A stretch of DNA of 64,000 nt from contig JBEPYO010000001.1 of NCBI GenBank assembly GCA_041641295.1, positions 480,001 through 544,000 on the forward strand, in the 5' to 3' direction. The notes below the pieces were generated by a model. It was not told where the DNA came from. It was given only the letters and a program-made list of their open reading frames with translations, and made no database searches. The DNA is from Nitrososphaerota archaeon (GTDB lineage: Archaea > Thermoproteota > Nitrososphaeria_A > Caldarchaeales > Calditenuaceae). Positions 45,616 to 58,001 of this stretch are shown here, one piece after another. The translations under genes were made by a program, and so were the position numbers. Position 1 is the first letter of the stretch. Each line of letters starts with the position of its first letter.

Positions 45616-47043
45616 ATGGTGGCGGAGAGGATAGTGGCTTGGCGAAAGGGTGTGTATACTGACGAGATAGTCTTCGCCCTGTTCTCCATCGGCCCTGTCT
45701 ACAGGGAGGGTGAGCTGGAGTTGGGGCCCGACGCCGTCATAGCGCTCGAGGGACTCGGAACGTTTCAGGGCGTTAGTATCCGAGACAGGGTCTCGGACGC
45801 CCTCTCGAAGGGAAAGGACCTCTCAAAGGTGGCCGCTAAAGTCCACAAAGAATCGACGAGGAGGGGACATGCTTCTCTGACGACTTCGGCTGTCATGTTC
45901 TGGGAGGTCTCTAACTGCAGCCGTCTATTGTCAATGCTGCTTGTGGCTCCTGTTTTCGGAAGCTATCTGCAGGAGAGCCAGAGAAGGGCCCCCTTGACTA
46001 GGGAGAGACTTCTAACACCGGTAGAGCTGAAGGGTGGGAAGCTCGAGGCAAGATATTCAGAGGGCATGAATAGGGTTTTCGAGGCCTATAAAACACTGTG
46101 CGAGGAGGGCGTCCCACTCGAGGATGCACGGTATCTGGCCCCCCTAGCCGCAGCAACCTCCCTTTATGCATCCCTCTCACTAGAGTCGCACATCTACTTT
46201 ATCCGGAAGGTCGAGGAGGGGATTGGGATAGTCCCCGGCGAGCTGAAGGCCTTCGTCGACAGGTTCCTCGAAGTAGCTAGAAGCAAATCACCACTGCTTC
46301 TAGACTCTAGGCTTAGTTTTAGGGCTCGATGGGGATACTACTCTGTTGCAGACCCCCTTAGAGGGCCTGACGGTCTGATTCAGGGTCTTTGCGGGGACAG
46401 GCCGTTGGAGGAGGCCGAGCTCCTGTCCTTCGATTATCCTAGAGGGATTGAGAGAATGGGCCTTGATGGTCTTGCTGCTGAGCAGGCCTCCCCTCTTGTT
46501 AGGGCGGTGACCGTTGAATCGCTCTCACTAGCCGCCTATCACCAGGCGATAAGGCATAGGACTGTGCCAACCGTTGTTGAGTCGCTGGTTGAGGCGGCTG
46601 AGAGGTGGTCTAGGAGTCCAGAGGCGGGTCTCGTCGTCCCTCCATCCATCAAGTCCAGCCCGAGGCTCCTGCGGGTGTTCACAGATGCTTGTGAAGAACT
46701 ACACTCCCTATACTCCACGCTTATGCAGGAGAATGAGGTTTCGGCGGCACTCTACACGCTCCCTAACGCGATGAGGATTAGGGTCGTCAGGAGCTATAAC
46801 CTCTACAATCTCCTCAGCCCCATGGGATTCCTAGCAACTAGGACCTGCAGCGCGGCCCAGTGGGAGGAGAGGGCGATAGCGTATAGGCTGTGGAGGGAGG
46901 TGGAGAAAACTGCTCCATGGTTAAAGGGTGCGATGGGCGAGAAGTGTAAGCACCTTGGGTATTGCCCCGAGAGGGAGTGGTGTCCAATCATTCTCAAGTA
47001 CTGGGAATACTCCGACGAGCTTCACAAGAAATATAACCAGTGA
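45616..47043 (+). CDS. thyX: Flavin-dependent thymidylate synthase, tandem two-domain form
   Basis: GHAS, SYLQESQRR and EDARYLAP in the first half; HQAIRHR, RTCSAAQWE and C..LGYCPE in the second half. Confidence 0.8.
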   Translation: MVAERIVAWRKGVYTDEIVFALFSIGPVYREGELELGPDAVIALEGLGTFQGVSIRDRVSDALSKGKDLSKVAAKVHKESTRRGHASLTTSAVMFWEVSNCSRLLSMLLVAPVFGSYLQESQRRAPLTRERLLTPVELKGGKLEARYSEGMNRVFEAYKTLCEEGVPLEDARYLAPLAAATSLYASLSLESHIYFIRKVEEGIGIVPGELKAFVDRFLEVARSKSPLLLDSRLSFRARWGYYSVADPLRGPDGLIQGLCGDRPLEEAELLSFDYPRGIERMGLDGLAAEQASPLVRAVTVESLSLAAYHQAIRHRTVPTVVESLVEAAERWSRSPEAGLVVPPSIKSSPRLLRVFTDACEELHSLYSTLMQENEVSAALYTLPNAMRIRVVRSYNLYNLLSPMGFLATRTCSAAQWEERAIAYRLWREVEKTAPWLKGAMGEKCKHLGYCPEREWCPIILKYWEYSDELHKKYNQ

Positions 47044-47052
47044 GCAGAATGG

Positions 47053-47910
47053 CTATCTACGCAGGAAAGCTATCGATGCATAACCCACAACCGAGGACTT
47101 GTCGCCGCTCGTGTCTCCGCTTGTGGCATATTTGAGCAGTAGCGGGTTGGTGTATCCTTTCAGCTTTGCATAGCATATTAGAGCTCCTATTGCGCCGTAC
47201 CCGCAGAGAGTGGCCCTCTTATCCCTCATCTCTGTGTAGAACCCCTCTATGTCGAGCTTCAATATCTTATCAATGACTGCTCGGTCTCTTCTGACAGCCT
47301 CCTCATGTGGCTCATAGTGCGTAAAGTCGGAGCTCGCTATGACAAGATAGTCCTCGGCCCTATCTATGACCTTTGCGAGAACCTCTCCTACATGTTGAGC
47401 AGCCTCAATAGACTGGTTGAGCATACAGATGGGAACAAACTTCACGCGTCCGAAGGTGTATTGGATGAAGGGCAGCTGAACCTCTATGGAGTGCTCGTAT
47501 ACATGGCTGTACTCGTCCATCGAGATCAAGTCGCTAGACTCGACAATGCGGTTCACAATCTCCGAGTCAATCTCCACTTCTCCGAGCGGAGTCACCCACT
47601 GCCCGGGCGGATAGACGGATACCTCTGTACCCTCTCCATGATGGTTCGGCCCAATCACTACCACCGTCTTTGGCTGGGGGGCCTTCGAGGCTTGGGAGAA
47701 TCCGTGTGCCGCGACTGGCCCCGAGTACATGTAGCCTGCGTGAGGAGAGATGAGGAGTGTCTGAGGACCAGCGCCCCCCTTAGAAGGCATAGAACCCGGC
47801 CCATGCTCAGAAGTGAAGCACTGCTCGATCTGCTTCCTCAGACGCGCCGGATCTGACTCGTAGAAGTACCCAGCCACGGCGGGATACCTTTTAGGCACGT
47901 CCAGACCCAC
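47053..47910 (-). CDS. MEMO1 / AmmeMemoRadiSam system protein B family protein
   Basis: PAVAGYFY, PHAGYMYSG, GPNH, EHSIEVQLPF, SSDFTHY, VVGYAS. Confidence 0.92.
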   Translation of the reverse strand: MGLDVPKRYPAVAGYFYESDPARLRKQIEQCFTSEHGPGSMPSKGGAGPQTLLISPHAGYMYSGPVAAHGFSQASKAPQPKTVVVIGPNHHGEGTEVSVYPPGQWVTPLGEVEIDSEIVNRIVESSDLISMDEYSHVYEHSIEVQLPFIQYTFGRVKFVPICMLNQSIEAAQHVGEVLAKVIDRAEDYLVIASSDFTHYEPHEEAVRRDRAVIDKILKLDIEGFYTEMRDKRATLCGYGAIGALICYAKLKGYTNPLLLKYATSGDTSGDKSSVVGYASIAFLRR

Positions 47911-48148
47911 CTCCCCTACTGTTTGTGGAGAGCCTAGGGCGGGGGGCGGTCACGACAAGGTATCCCAAGACCCCCACCACGAAGAAGAAGGATACGGCCA
48001 AGAGGTAGACGGTTGCCCTAAGCACTAAGTCAGGGTCTAGCCCCCTCAGCAGCCCAAAAAACCACAGTGTATAAAACGTGAAGCCTATCGGCGAGAGAAT
48101 AACCATGAAATACCCTACTAGTTTAGAAGGGGACATTATTGCCCACAA
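47891..48148 (-). CDS. Small two-TM membrane protein
   Basis: Two hydrophobic helices; overlaps the MEMO1 start. Confidence 0.6.
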   Translation of the reverse strand: MWAIMSPSKLVGYFMVILSPIGFTFYTLWFFGLLRGLDPDLVLRATVYLLAVSFFFVVGVLGYLVVTAPRPRLSTNSRGGGSGRA

Positions 48149-48318
48149 AAGGAGAGTCTGTACCCAGTAGATATAGCTTTATGGTGGCCTCTGAGCTGTT
48201 TCTATATATTGTCATCTGGACGGGGGTTTCTCCCGTTTTTAAGGCTTTGAGACGTAAATTGCCAGTATGCAATTGTCGAATAAGTTTTAAATTCTAGCCT
48301 AACTAGTAAAACACAACC

Positions 48319-49725
48319 TTGCCAACCGTCCTCCTCGACTCCACACTGAGGGAAGGCGAGCTCTACAAGGTGTTACCCATCCAGAAGAAGCTCAGGGTCG
48401 CCAGCCTACTGGTGGAGGCGGGCCTGAAGCGGGTTGAAGTGACTGTCGACTATCCTCCAAGGACGTCTTACGAGGACGGTGCAAAATTGGTCAACTTCTT
48501 GGGTGATAACGGCGTCCAGGTCGTGATGCATGGGCGCGCATATAGGAACGATATCGAGGCGATGAGTAGGTATAACCTGTACGGGGTTGCCCTATACTTG
48601 GCCGTCTCCCAACTGCACCTAGACTACAAGCTAGGTGGTATGAACTATGATGATGCTAAGACTAGGATGTTGGAGGCGGTTGAGCTTGTCAAGCCTTTGG
48701 GGCTCCAGTATGTCCGAGTGACCTACGAGGATGCGTCGCGACTCTTCACCGAACGCAACTTCGACGTCCTCGACGACCTACTCAGGTTTACCGGTGAGCT
48801 GAAGTCTGCTGGCGCGACACTTCTCAGCGTGCCTGATACAGCTGGTCTCATGACGCCACGCGATGCTAGGAAGTTCATAGAGTATTGTATCGAGAGGAGC
48901 CGCCTCCCAGTCGCCGCCCACTTCCACAACGACTATGGCCTCGCATCAGCTAACACCATCGAGTCTATACTTGCGGGGGCTGCTGAGGCGCATGTTACAA
49001 TTTTAGGTATAGGTGATAGAAATGGAATAGCGGACCTCTACGAGGTTGTAGCGCCGCTACAAGATGTCTATGGCTATGACCTTGGAGTGAGGCGGGAGGA
49101 GCTGGCGCGGATTTATCGCGAGTTCTCCAGGCTTACCGGTGTGCAGATTCCTTGGCGGCACCCCCTCTCAGAGGAGGCGAGGACCATCAGGGCGGGCGTC
49201 CACCAGTCCATGGTCATCAAGAGGCCTGAAGGATACATGCCGCGAAAGAAGCTCGAATATGATGTGGATGCCGTGAAATATGCTGTGAGCCCATACATGA
49301 GCCACAAGCTGATTCTCGAGATAGCTAAGCTAAACGGCCACGACTTGAACGAGGTAGATGCCAGGAGGATTGTAGAGGAGATCGTCAAGAGGGTTGCGGC
49401 TACTGGGAGGAAGGGCTCTCCAAAAGAGCTAGCCCGATACCTTAGCGAGGCCTTAGGACGCGAGATCAGAGAAGACCTGGTGAGACGATTCTTCGGAGAG
49501 GAGCGGGCCTACATCCTCCTAAAGCTCCGCCCACAAGCAGATGCGCTACAGATTGTTCAAGAGCTCTCAACATGGGAGGAGGTAGAGTCCATCGACGAAG
49601 TATACGGGGACGTGGACATCGTTATTAAGGGACGCCTCAGGATAAACGGGGTCAACCTAGTCGACAAGCTCAGATCGAGCTTCCAAGAAGAGATAGAGGA
49701 GCTCAGAGTATTAATCACAGACTAG
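48319..49725 (+). CDS. DRE-TIM acyltransferase with a C-terminal Lrp/RAM domain; homocitrate synthase-like
   Basis: DSTLREGE, PDTAG, HFHNDYGLA, GIGDRNG, AGVH; C-terminal EVYGDVDIV RAM motif as in the Sulfolobus homocitrate synthase architecture. Confidence 0.75.
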   Translation: MPTVLLDSTLREGELYKVLPIQKKLRVASLLVEAGLKRVEVTVDYPPRTSYEDGAKLVNFLGDNGVQVVMHGRAYRNDIEAMSRYNLYGVALYLAVSQLHLDYKLGGMNYDDAKTRMLEAVELVKPLGLQYVRVTYEDASRLFTERNFDVLDDLLRFTGELKSAGATLLSVPDTAGLMTPRDARKFIEYCIERSRLPVAAHFHNDYGLASANTIESILAGAAEAHVTILGIGDRNGIADLYEVVAPLQDVYGYDLGVRREELARIYREFSRLTGVQIPWRHPLSEEARTIRAGVHQSMVIKRPEGYMPRKKLEYDVDAVKYAVSPYMSHKLILEIAKLNGHDLNEVDARRIVEEIVKRVAATGRKGSPKELARYLSEALGREIREDLVRRFFGEERAYILLKLRPQADALQIVQELSTWEEVESIDEVYGDVDIVIKGRLRINGVNLVDKLRSSFQEEIEELRVLITD

Positions 49726-49737
49726 CGCTTACCCGGT

Positions 49738-49750
49738 ATAAATTTATAAG
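49738..49750 (+). promoter_or_regulatory. TATA box of the 23S rRNA transcription unit
   Basis: ATAAATTTATAAG about 150 nt before the 23S start. Confidence 0.65.
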
Positions 49751-49860
49751 TAACAGCCCATACTACTCTATTGCGCACAGCGATGTTTGCCCTTCAGCCG
49801 TGAAGTCCTGAAGGGCATGAATGCGGGAGGAGGCTTAAACTTCCCTATGACCGCGCTGCA

Positions 49861-49889
49861 GAGGTGTGTGGAGCGTGGCGAAGTAGGCC
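49861..49889 (+). other. 5' strand of the 23S processing stem (bulge-helix-bulge)
   Basis: GAGGTGTGTGGAGCGT-GGCG-AAG-TAGGCC pairs with 52975-53003. Confidence 0.9.
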
Positions 49890-49900
49890 GCGCCTTGGCA

Positions 49901-52962
<3,062 letters not shown>

Positions 52963-52974
52963 ACGGCCGGGCGG

Positions 52975-53003
52975 GGCCTACGCTAAAACGCTCCACACAC
53001 CTC
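52975..53003 (+). other. 3' strand of the 23S processing stem (bulge-helix-bulge)
   Basis: GGCCTA-CGCT-AAA-ACGCTCCACACACCTC. Confidence 0.9.
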
Positions 53004-53004
53004 G

Positions 53005-53032
53005 TCTCTATTCTCTCTATTTTGCTGCCTTT
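53005..53032 (+). terminator. Pyrimidine-rich putative terminator after the 23S unit
   Basis: TCTCTATTCTCTCTATTTTG...CTTT. Confidence 0.4.
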
Positions 53033-53086
53033 AGCTCTGGCGGGGTTAGACATGTTTATATCATCTGGATTGGTGATTCCACGTAA

Positions 53087-54280
53087 ATGGTACAGGTTAT
53101 TGGTGGATATTCTAAGAGCGTCTACGCTGTCCTCGGCGCGGTGGGTTTCGTCGCATTAATTGATACGTCGATGATCTCTCCCGTGATAGCGTCTCATGCG
53201 AGGGCCCTCAACGCCGACGCATTCTGGGCTGGACTGATTGCAGGCTCCTACTCCATCATAGCAATACCCATGATAGTCCTCGCGGGTTATTTCTCCGACA
53301 TACTCGGCCGTAGGAGGGCCATGGTTATGGGCCTGGCCGGCGACCTTCTCGCAATGACTCTATATGCTGTCTCACCAGCCCCCAGCATCCTACTCGCTGC
53401 TAGGATTCTCCACGCGGTATTCGACTCCTTCATAGTGCCGTCAGCCCTAGCCTTGATAGGAGACCTCTTCTCTAAGAGTGTGGGACGCCCCTTAAGCTTC
53501 TTCTGGATATTTGTGGCCGTAGCCATAGTCCTAGGCTCAGGCTCGTCGGCCGGCTTGGTCTCCACTCTAGGATTCCATGCAGTCTACGCAGTGATTGGAG
53601 CACTGGTTGTAGCCAGTTTAATAGCTACTCTCAGGGGCCTGCCCTCACCACCGACCTCAAAGAATCGCGTGCGAGGTGGTGCGCGAATCGGTGGAGTTCA
53701 TGCGAGGCGTGTCGCCGTATCCATGATAGGCATGCTGAGCATGTACCTGCTGATTGGCGGGGTGGTCGGCACCCTCCCAACAATACTGATAGACAGGTTC
53801 GGGCTGGACGAGAGGGGCGCGGCCGCTCAGATAGGACTCTTCATGGCCGTCTCCACCGCCGTCTCAATCCCGATATTTCCAATATCGGCGAGGCTCGCCG
53901 AGAGAAGAACACCGCTAGTGCCTCTCATCATCGGCCTACTGGCATCAATGACAACGGCCCTCGCGCTAGAGTTTGGGGCCGGCGTAACTCTCACGCGAGT
54001 CATCTCCTCGATAATATTCGGCCTCGCGCTAGGGACAGTAATCTTCTCGTCAAGCTACCTCGTAGTAACGCTTCCCCAAGAGGTCAGGGGGCTTGGCTCG
54101 GGCCTCAACCAGTCAGCAAGCCTCCTAGGCGTTGCTCTAGGCGCTCCACTAACATCCCTCTACGTTGCGACGATTGGCTGGGAAGGCTTTTTCATCCTAT
54201 ACGGAGTAATACCTCCACTAGCGGCCGCGTTGATAGTCTTGAGTGTTTGGCGACGCGTGGCGCGGGAACTCAAGGAGTAA
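53087..54280 (+). CDS. MFS transporter
   Basis: GYFSDILGRR motif, about 12 TM helices. Confidence 0.88.
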   Translation: MVQVIGGYSKSVYAVLGAVGFVALIDTSMISPVIASHARALNADAFWAGLIAGSYSIIAIPMIVLAGYFSDILGRRRAMVMGLAGDLLAMTLYAVSPAPSILLAARILHAVFDSFIVPSALALIGDLFSKSVGRPLSFFWIFVAVAIVLGSGSSAGLVSTLGFHAVYAVIGALVVASLIATLRGLPSPPTSKNRVRGGARIGGVHARRVAVSMIGMLSMYLLIGGVVGTLPTILIDRFGLDERGAAAQIGLFMAVSTAVSIPIFPISARLAERRTPLVPLIIGLLASMTTALALEFGAGVTLTRVISSIIFGLALGTVIFSSSYLVVTLPQEVRGLGSGLNQSASLLGVALGAPLTSLYVATIGWEGFFILYGVIPPLAAALIVLSVWRRVARELKE

Positions 54281-54348
54281 CGCCTACCACTATATGATAC
54301 TAATCATTATGGAGGCCCGGCACCACCAGCCGGATAAAGTCTACGCGT

Positions 54349-55506
54349 TCAGGCCATTATCGAGTGGTACCAGCGGAGTATGTATTCCGGAAGCTTGAGA
54401 CCTCTCTCCTGCAGCCTGTCAACCAAGTATAGCGGGAGTGGGCTGGTGGCAAACGCGGCCTTTAGGTAGAAGTCGTTCGGCCGCCCAGGCGAGTATCTTG
54501 AAGGTATGTAGAGTGTTTGATCCGATAGGGAGCCTATTGTTGAGTCCTTAGCACCCACTATTGAGACGACGTATCCACCCATCTTCTTAAAAGTCCTACA
54601 CCAAGATGCGACGACCTCGGTCTCACCACTGTGCGAGATCGCGATGAGAATATCCCCAGCCCTTGGAGGCGGCACATTAGTATCCCCCGCCACGTAGACG
54701 TGGTCGCCAATCGCCCTCTTCACATGCCCAAGCCTCACGCCAGTCATCCTTGCTACCTCCTGACTACTACCAAGCCCAGCCAAGAAGCACGTATTCCTCC
54801 GCTCCAACAGTTCGACAATCCAGTGCATAAAGTCAGACTTTATCACATTCTCTACAACCTCGTTGGTCTCCACCATTAACTGGTTTATCTTCTCGGAGAT
54901 GTTGAGAGGGCCGCTGTCCTCATAGATACACTCCGCAACTGCTTGGAGGAGAACCGAGGCCCCCAGAATAAAGACGTCCTCAAGAATACCATACTGCTTA
55001 AACTCGGAGGTCGAGGAATTCTCCTCAGAGACAGTACGCCCCTTAACACGGGTGCACGACCCATACTTCTGACCAAGCTTGCCCAGAGGTGAGTCAGGAT
55101 CGCTTGTAACAACATCTATCGTATAGTCTCCCATCTTCTCGGACCTTGAGATCGCAAGCGCCAGCTTCTGCGCATCGACGAGGGGCATAAGCGACCTGCC
55201 GCTACCCGATAGTATCAAGAGGCTGACCCTGCCGAACCTCTGCTTAAGCTTGGGCGCTGCCAAGTCAAAACTCCGATCAGGAAAACCAACATCGCTCCTG
55301 TCAACGACAACCTTTCCGCGATCCATCTTCGCGAGCTCGCTGCAGATTATGCTTACGGCCCCCTTACTCCTTCCCTCACCGTGGGGTACAATTACTCCGG
55401 CCGACTTTAGGTCCCGGTATAGCTCCGCCGCCTGGTTCAGGTCTATCTCTGAGAGGTTTTGAATAACGCTGTTCATATAGCCGAGGCTACTCTTCAGTAA
55501 CACCAT
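54349..55506 (-). CDS. Tandem SIS-domain protein, 6-phospho-3-hexuloisomerase-like
   Basis: GEGRS..., LSGSG in the first domain; GLGSS, HVYVAGD..PP..GDILIAISHSGET in the second. Confidence 0.75.
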   Translation of the reverse strand: MVLLKSSLGYMNSVIQNLSEIDLNQAAELYRDLKSAGVIVPHGEGRSKGAVSIICSELAKMDRGKVVVDRSDVGFPDRSFDLAAPKLKQRFGRVSLLILSGSGRSLMPLVDAQKLALAISRSEKMGDYTIDVVTSDPDSPLGKLGQKYGSCTRVKGRTVSEENSSTSEFKQYGILEDVFILGASVLLQAVAECIYEDSGPLNISEKINQLMVETNEVVENVIKSDFMHWIVELLERRNTCFLAGLGSSQEVARMTGVRLGHVKRAIGDHVYVAGDTNVPPPRAGDILIAISHSGETEVVASWCRTFKKMGGYVVSIVGAKDSTIGSLSDQTLYIPSRYSPGRPNDFYLKAAFATSPLPLYLVDRLQERGLKLPEYILRWYHSIMA

Positions 55507-55551
55507 TCAAAGCGGAGAAGAGACTCGTGGAATAAAAATTTAATTCCCGAG

Positions 55552-56229
55552 CTAAGATTTGGTCCTACGGCGAATCAATGCGTGGGCGAGCCTCTTCTCA
55601 ACCCTAAAGTCCAGAACCTCGTTTCCCGTGATCCTGCTCCACTTCTCCAAGTCTCTCTCGGCTCCTTCATTATAGTCGGCCACTATGTGGATGATGCTCC
55701 CCTCCGGGAGCCCTTCAAGCCTGTCGGAGAGCACCATAAGGAGCTGGCTGCAGTCAATCCCAATCGCGGCGTGCACGTAGTCTGGAACTTCTCTGAAACA
55801 GACTATGCCCTTCTCGCTGATCATCCTCTCCACCTCTCCCCTTACCTCACTCCACCCCTTCAACCTCGTCAGGCAGTCATCCTTCAAGGCGGATACCTCG
55901 CAGAGCCAAGCAGCATCACAGAAGCCCCTCTGCAAAATCCATGGCCGTTCAACGGCCTCAGCATTGACCCGTTCTACCCTTAGGTCGAAGGGGGCCCTAA
56001 TATTCCCTAAGAATCTCCGGGATTCGATAAGGCATAGAGCCCTGTCCGCCGCAACCTCTTCACCGGGCTTCTTAACTCTTACAGAGGTTATCTTTCCCCA
56101 AAGGGTCTGAGTAATTGGAAGTATTCCGACTTGGAATACTCTGTCACGAATAGGGGTGAGCCACAGCATCTCTTCGAGAAAGTAGAGGTTGTTTCTGGAG
56201 AATCCGCAGCCGTGGATCTCCTCTATCAC
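55552..56229 (-). CDS. GcvH/LbpA-like domain fused to a TusA/SirA domain
   Basis: GcvH fold VGI...GKITSV...IESRRFLGNIRAP...VN; C-terminal GIDC..L, IIHIVAD..AERDLEKWSRITGNEVL (TusA). Confidence 0.75.
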   Translation of the reverse strand: MIEEIHGCGFSRNNLYFLEEMLWLTPIRDRVFQVGILPITQTLWGKITSVRVKKPGEEVAADRALCLIESRRFLGNIRAPFDLRVERVNAEAVERPWILQRGFCDAAWLCEVSALKDDCLTRLKGWSEVRGEVERMISEKGIVCFREVPDYVHAAIGIDCSQLLMVLSDRLEGLPEGSIIHIVADYNEGAERDLEKWSRITGNEVLDFRVEKRLAHALIRRRTKS

Positions 56230-56254
56230 GATCTGAGATACCTGCTTCTTTGAC

Positions 56255-57100
56255 TTATTTTTCTATTGGTGTGCCAACTACGTTACCCCACTCGCTCCAG
56301 CTTCCATCATAGTTTCTGACTTTGGGGTATTTGAGCAGCTCCTTCAGAACGAACCAAGTTACGGATGACCGCTCACCTATTCTACAGTAGGTTATCACCT
56401 CTTTGTCGGGAGTCACGCCCAAGCCCTGGTAGAGCTTTCTCAACTCCTCGACTGGCTTGAATGTGCCGTCCTCGTTAAGGGCCTTAGCCCACGGTATATT
56501 CACCGCGCCAGGTATGTGGCCTCCCCTTTGCGCGTGCTCTGTAGGATACTCGGGAGGCGCTAAGATTTTGCCAGTGTACTCGTCAGGAGACCTCACATCA
56601 ACTAGGGCCACTGTGGGGCTTCCAAGCCTTGCGCGGACATCAGGTAGTAGAACCCTATACTCATACCGTACCTTGGTAACCTTGTAGGTGGTCGGGGCTG
56701 GGTTTGGTACCTCCTTCACCAGCTCCCTCTCCTCGGCTATCCACTTCTTCCTCCCGCCATCCATTATGCTCAGCTTCTCGTGGCCGTAAAGCCTAGCAAC
56801 CCAGAATGCGAAGGCAGCGAACCAGTTATTGAAATCTCCGTATAGGACTATGTGCGTGTCGTTCGAGATTCCACTCCGCGAGCAGAGAAGCTCGAACCCC
56901 TCCTTGCTTATGATGTTCCGCTCTATGGGGTCGTTGATGTCCTTCTTCCAGTCCCACAGGACTGCACCTCGGATATGCCCCTGGTAATAGGCTGTCTGAG
57001 GGTCGTAGTCGACTTCTACAATCCTGACGTCGGGCCTATCTAGGTTCTTCGCAACCCACTCAGTGGAGACGAGAACCGGTGATTCCTGCCTTTCGCTCAT
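56255..57100 (-). CDS. Tandem-domain thiosulfate sulfurtransferase (rhodanese)
   Basis: LVSTEW, GHIRGAV, GGHIPGA, active loop CRIGERS, YDGSWSEWG. Confidence 0.95.
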   Translation of the reverse strand: MSERQESPVLVSTEWVAKNLDRPDVRIVEVDYDPQTAYYQGHIRGAVLWDWKKDINDPIERNIISKEGFELLCSRSGISNDTHIVLYGDFNNWFAAFAFWVARLYGHEKLSIMDGGRKKWIAEERELVKEVPNPAPTTYKVTKVRYEYRVLLPDVRARLGSPTVALVDVRSPDEYTGKILAPPEYPTEHAQRGGHIPGAVNIPWAKALNEDGTFKPVEELRKLYQGLGVTPDKEVITYCRIGERSSVTWFVLKELLKYPKVRNYDGSWSEWGNVVGTPIEK

Positions 57101-57242
57101 GGGCTATCGTATTAGGTCTGTATTATAGAAATATTTAAACCACATATATCTACACGAATATGGTTTAACAATAACCCTGCATACACATGGTGGAGCCGGT
57201 TGATGCATTTAATAGCCCGTCGATCAGCATTAAAGACAGGGC

Positions 57243-58001
57243 TTGAGGGAGACAAGGCTTAATAAGCTTATCCAAATACCGTCGGACGACGTAGAGTATA
57301 CAATCGTTGATGCAGGCGGCGGGCCTGGAGTCGTTGCACTAATTGTCTCAAGCATTTTGCAGGAGAGTTTAGAGACTGTTAAGGCTGCGGAGATCCTCTC
57401 ACCTCACTTCCCCCAAGTAACCTTGATAAACAACGAGGGGGTCGCCGCCCCACCCAAGATCGAGATCTACCTAGCGAGACCACCCACAAACCAGAGGCAG
57501 GCATTACTTATTGTGACGAGGAACTTCATAGTTGAGACAACCGAGGTTGGTGAAGAGATTTCTGAGATTCTGCTCAACTATCTCCCATCATCAAGGGTCA
57601 GCGCCCTTGTAGTCCTAACAAGCGGGCGGGTTAATGCTTCAGGCGAGGTCTACGCATCATCCACGGATATGGAGAGGGTTAGACGGCTGATCCGCCTAGG
57701 GGCAAAAGCTGCAACGAACATAGACACGCTGCCCGTGGATAGGCTCACATCCTCGCTGATGCTACGATTCCACCTGCACCGCATCCCCATGGACCTCCTA
57801 ATATCAGACACCTTGGGCCTCGCACCAGACCTAGCGTCTGCGAAGAAGGTACTGTCGATACTATCCGGATATCTAGGGATACCAGTCGATACGTCTAAGT
57901 TAGACGCCGAGATTGAGAAGCAACAGCAACTCCTAAGAGAGGCCAGCAGGTTCTTCGAAGAGATGGAGCGGAGGGGAGGGGCCCCCTCCTATATCGGCTA
58001 G
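57243..58001 (+). CDS. PAC2 family proteasome assembly chaperone
   Basis: GPGVVA, SPHFPQV, PDLASAKKVL, VDTSKL, C-terminal HbYX tail SYIG. Confidence 0.75.
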   Translation: MRETRLNKLIQIPSDDVEYTIVDAGGGPGVVALIVSSILQESLETVKAAEILSPHFPQVTLINNEGVAAPPKIEIYLARPPTNQRQALLIVTRNFIVETTEVGEEISEILLNYLPSSRVSALVVLTSGRVNASGEVYASSTDMERVRRLIRLGAKAATNIDTLPVDRLTSSLMLRFHLHRIPMDLLISDTLGLAPDLASAKKVLSILSGYLGIPVDTSKLDAEIEKQQQLLREASRFFEEMERRGGAPSYIG

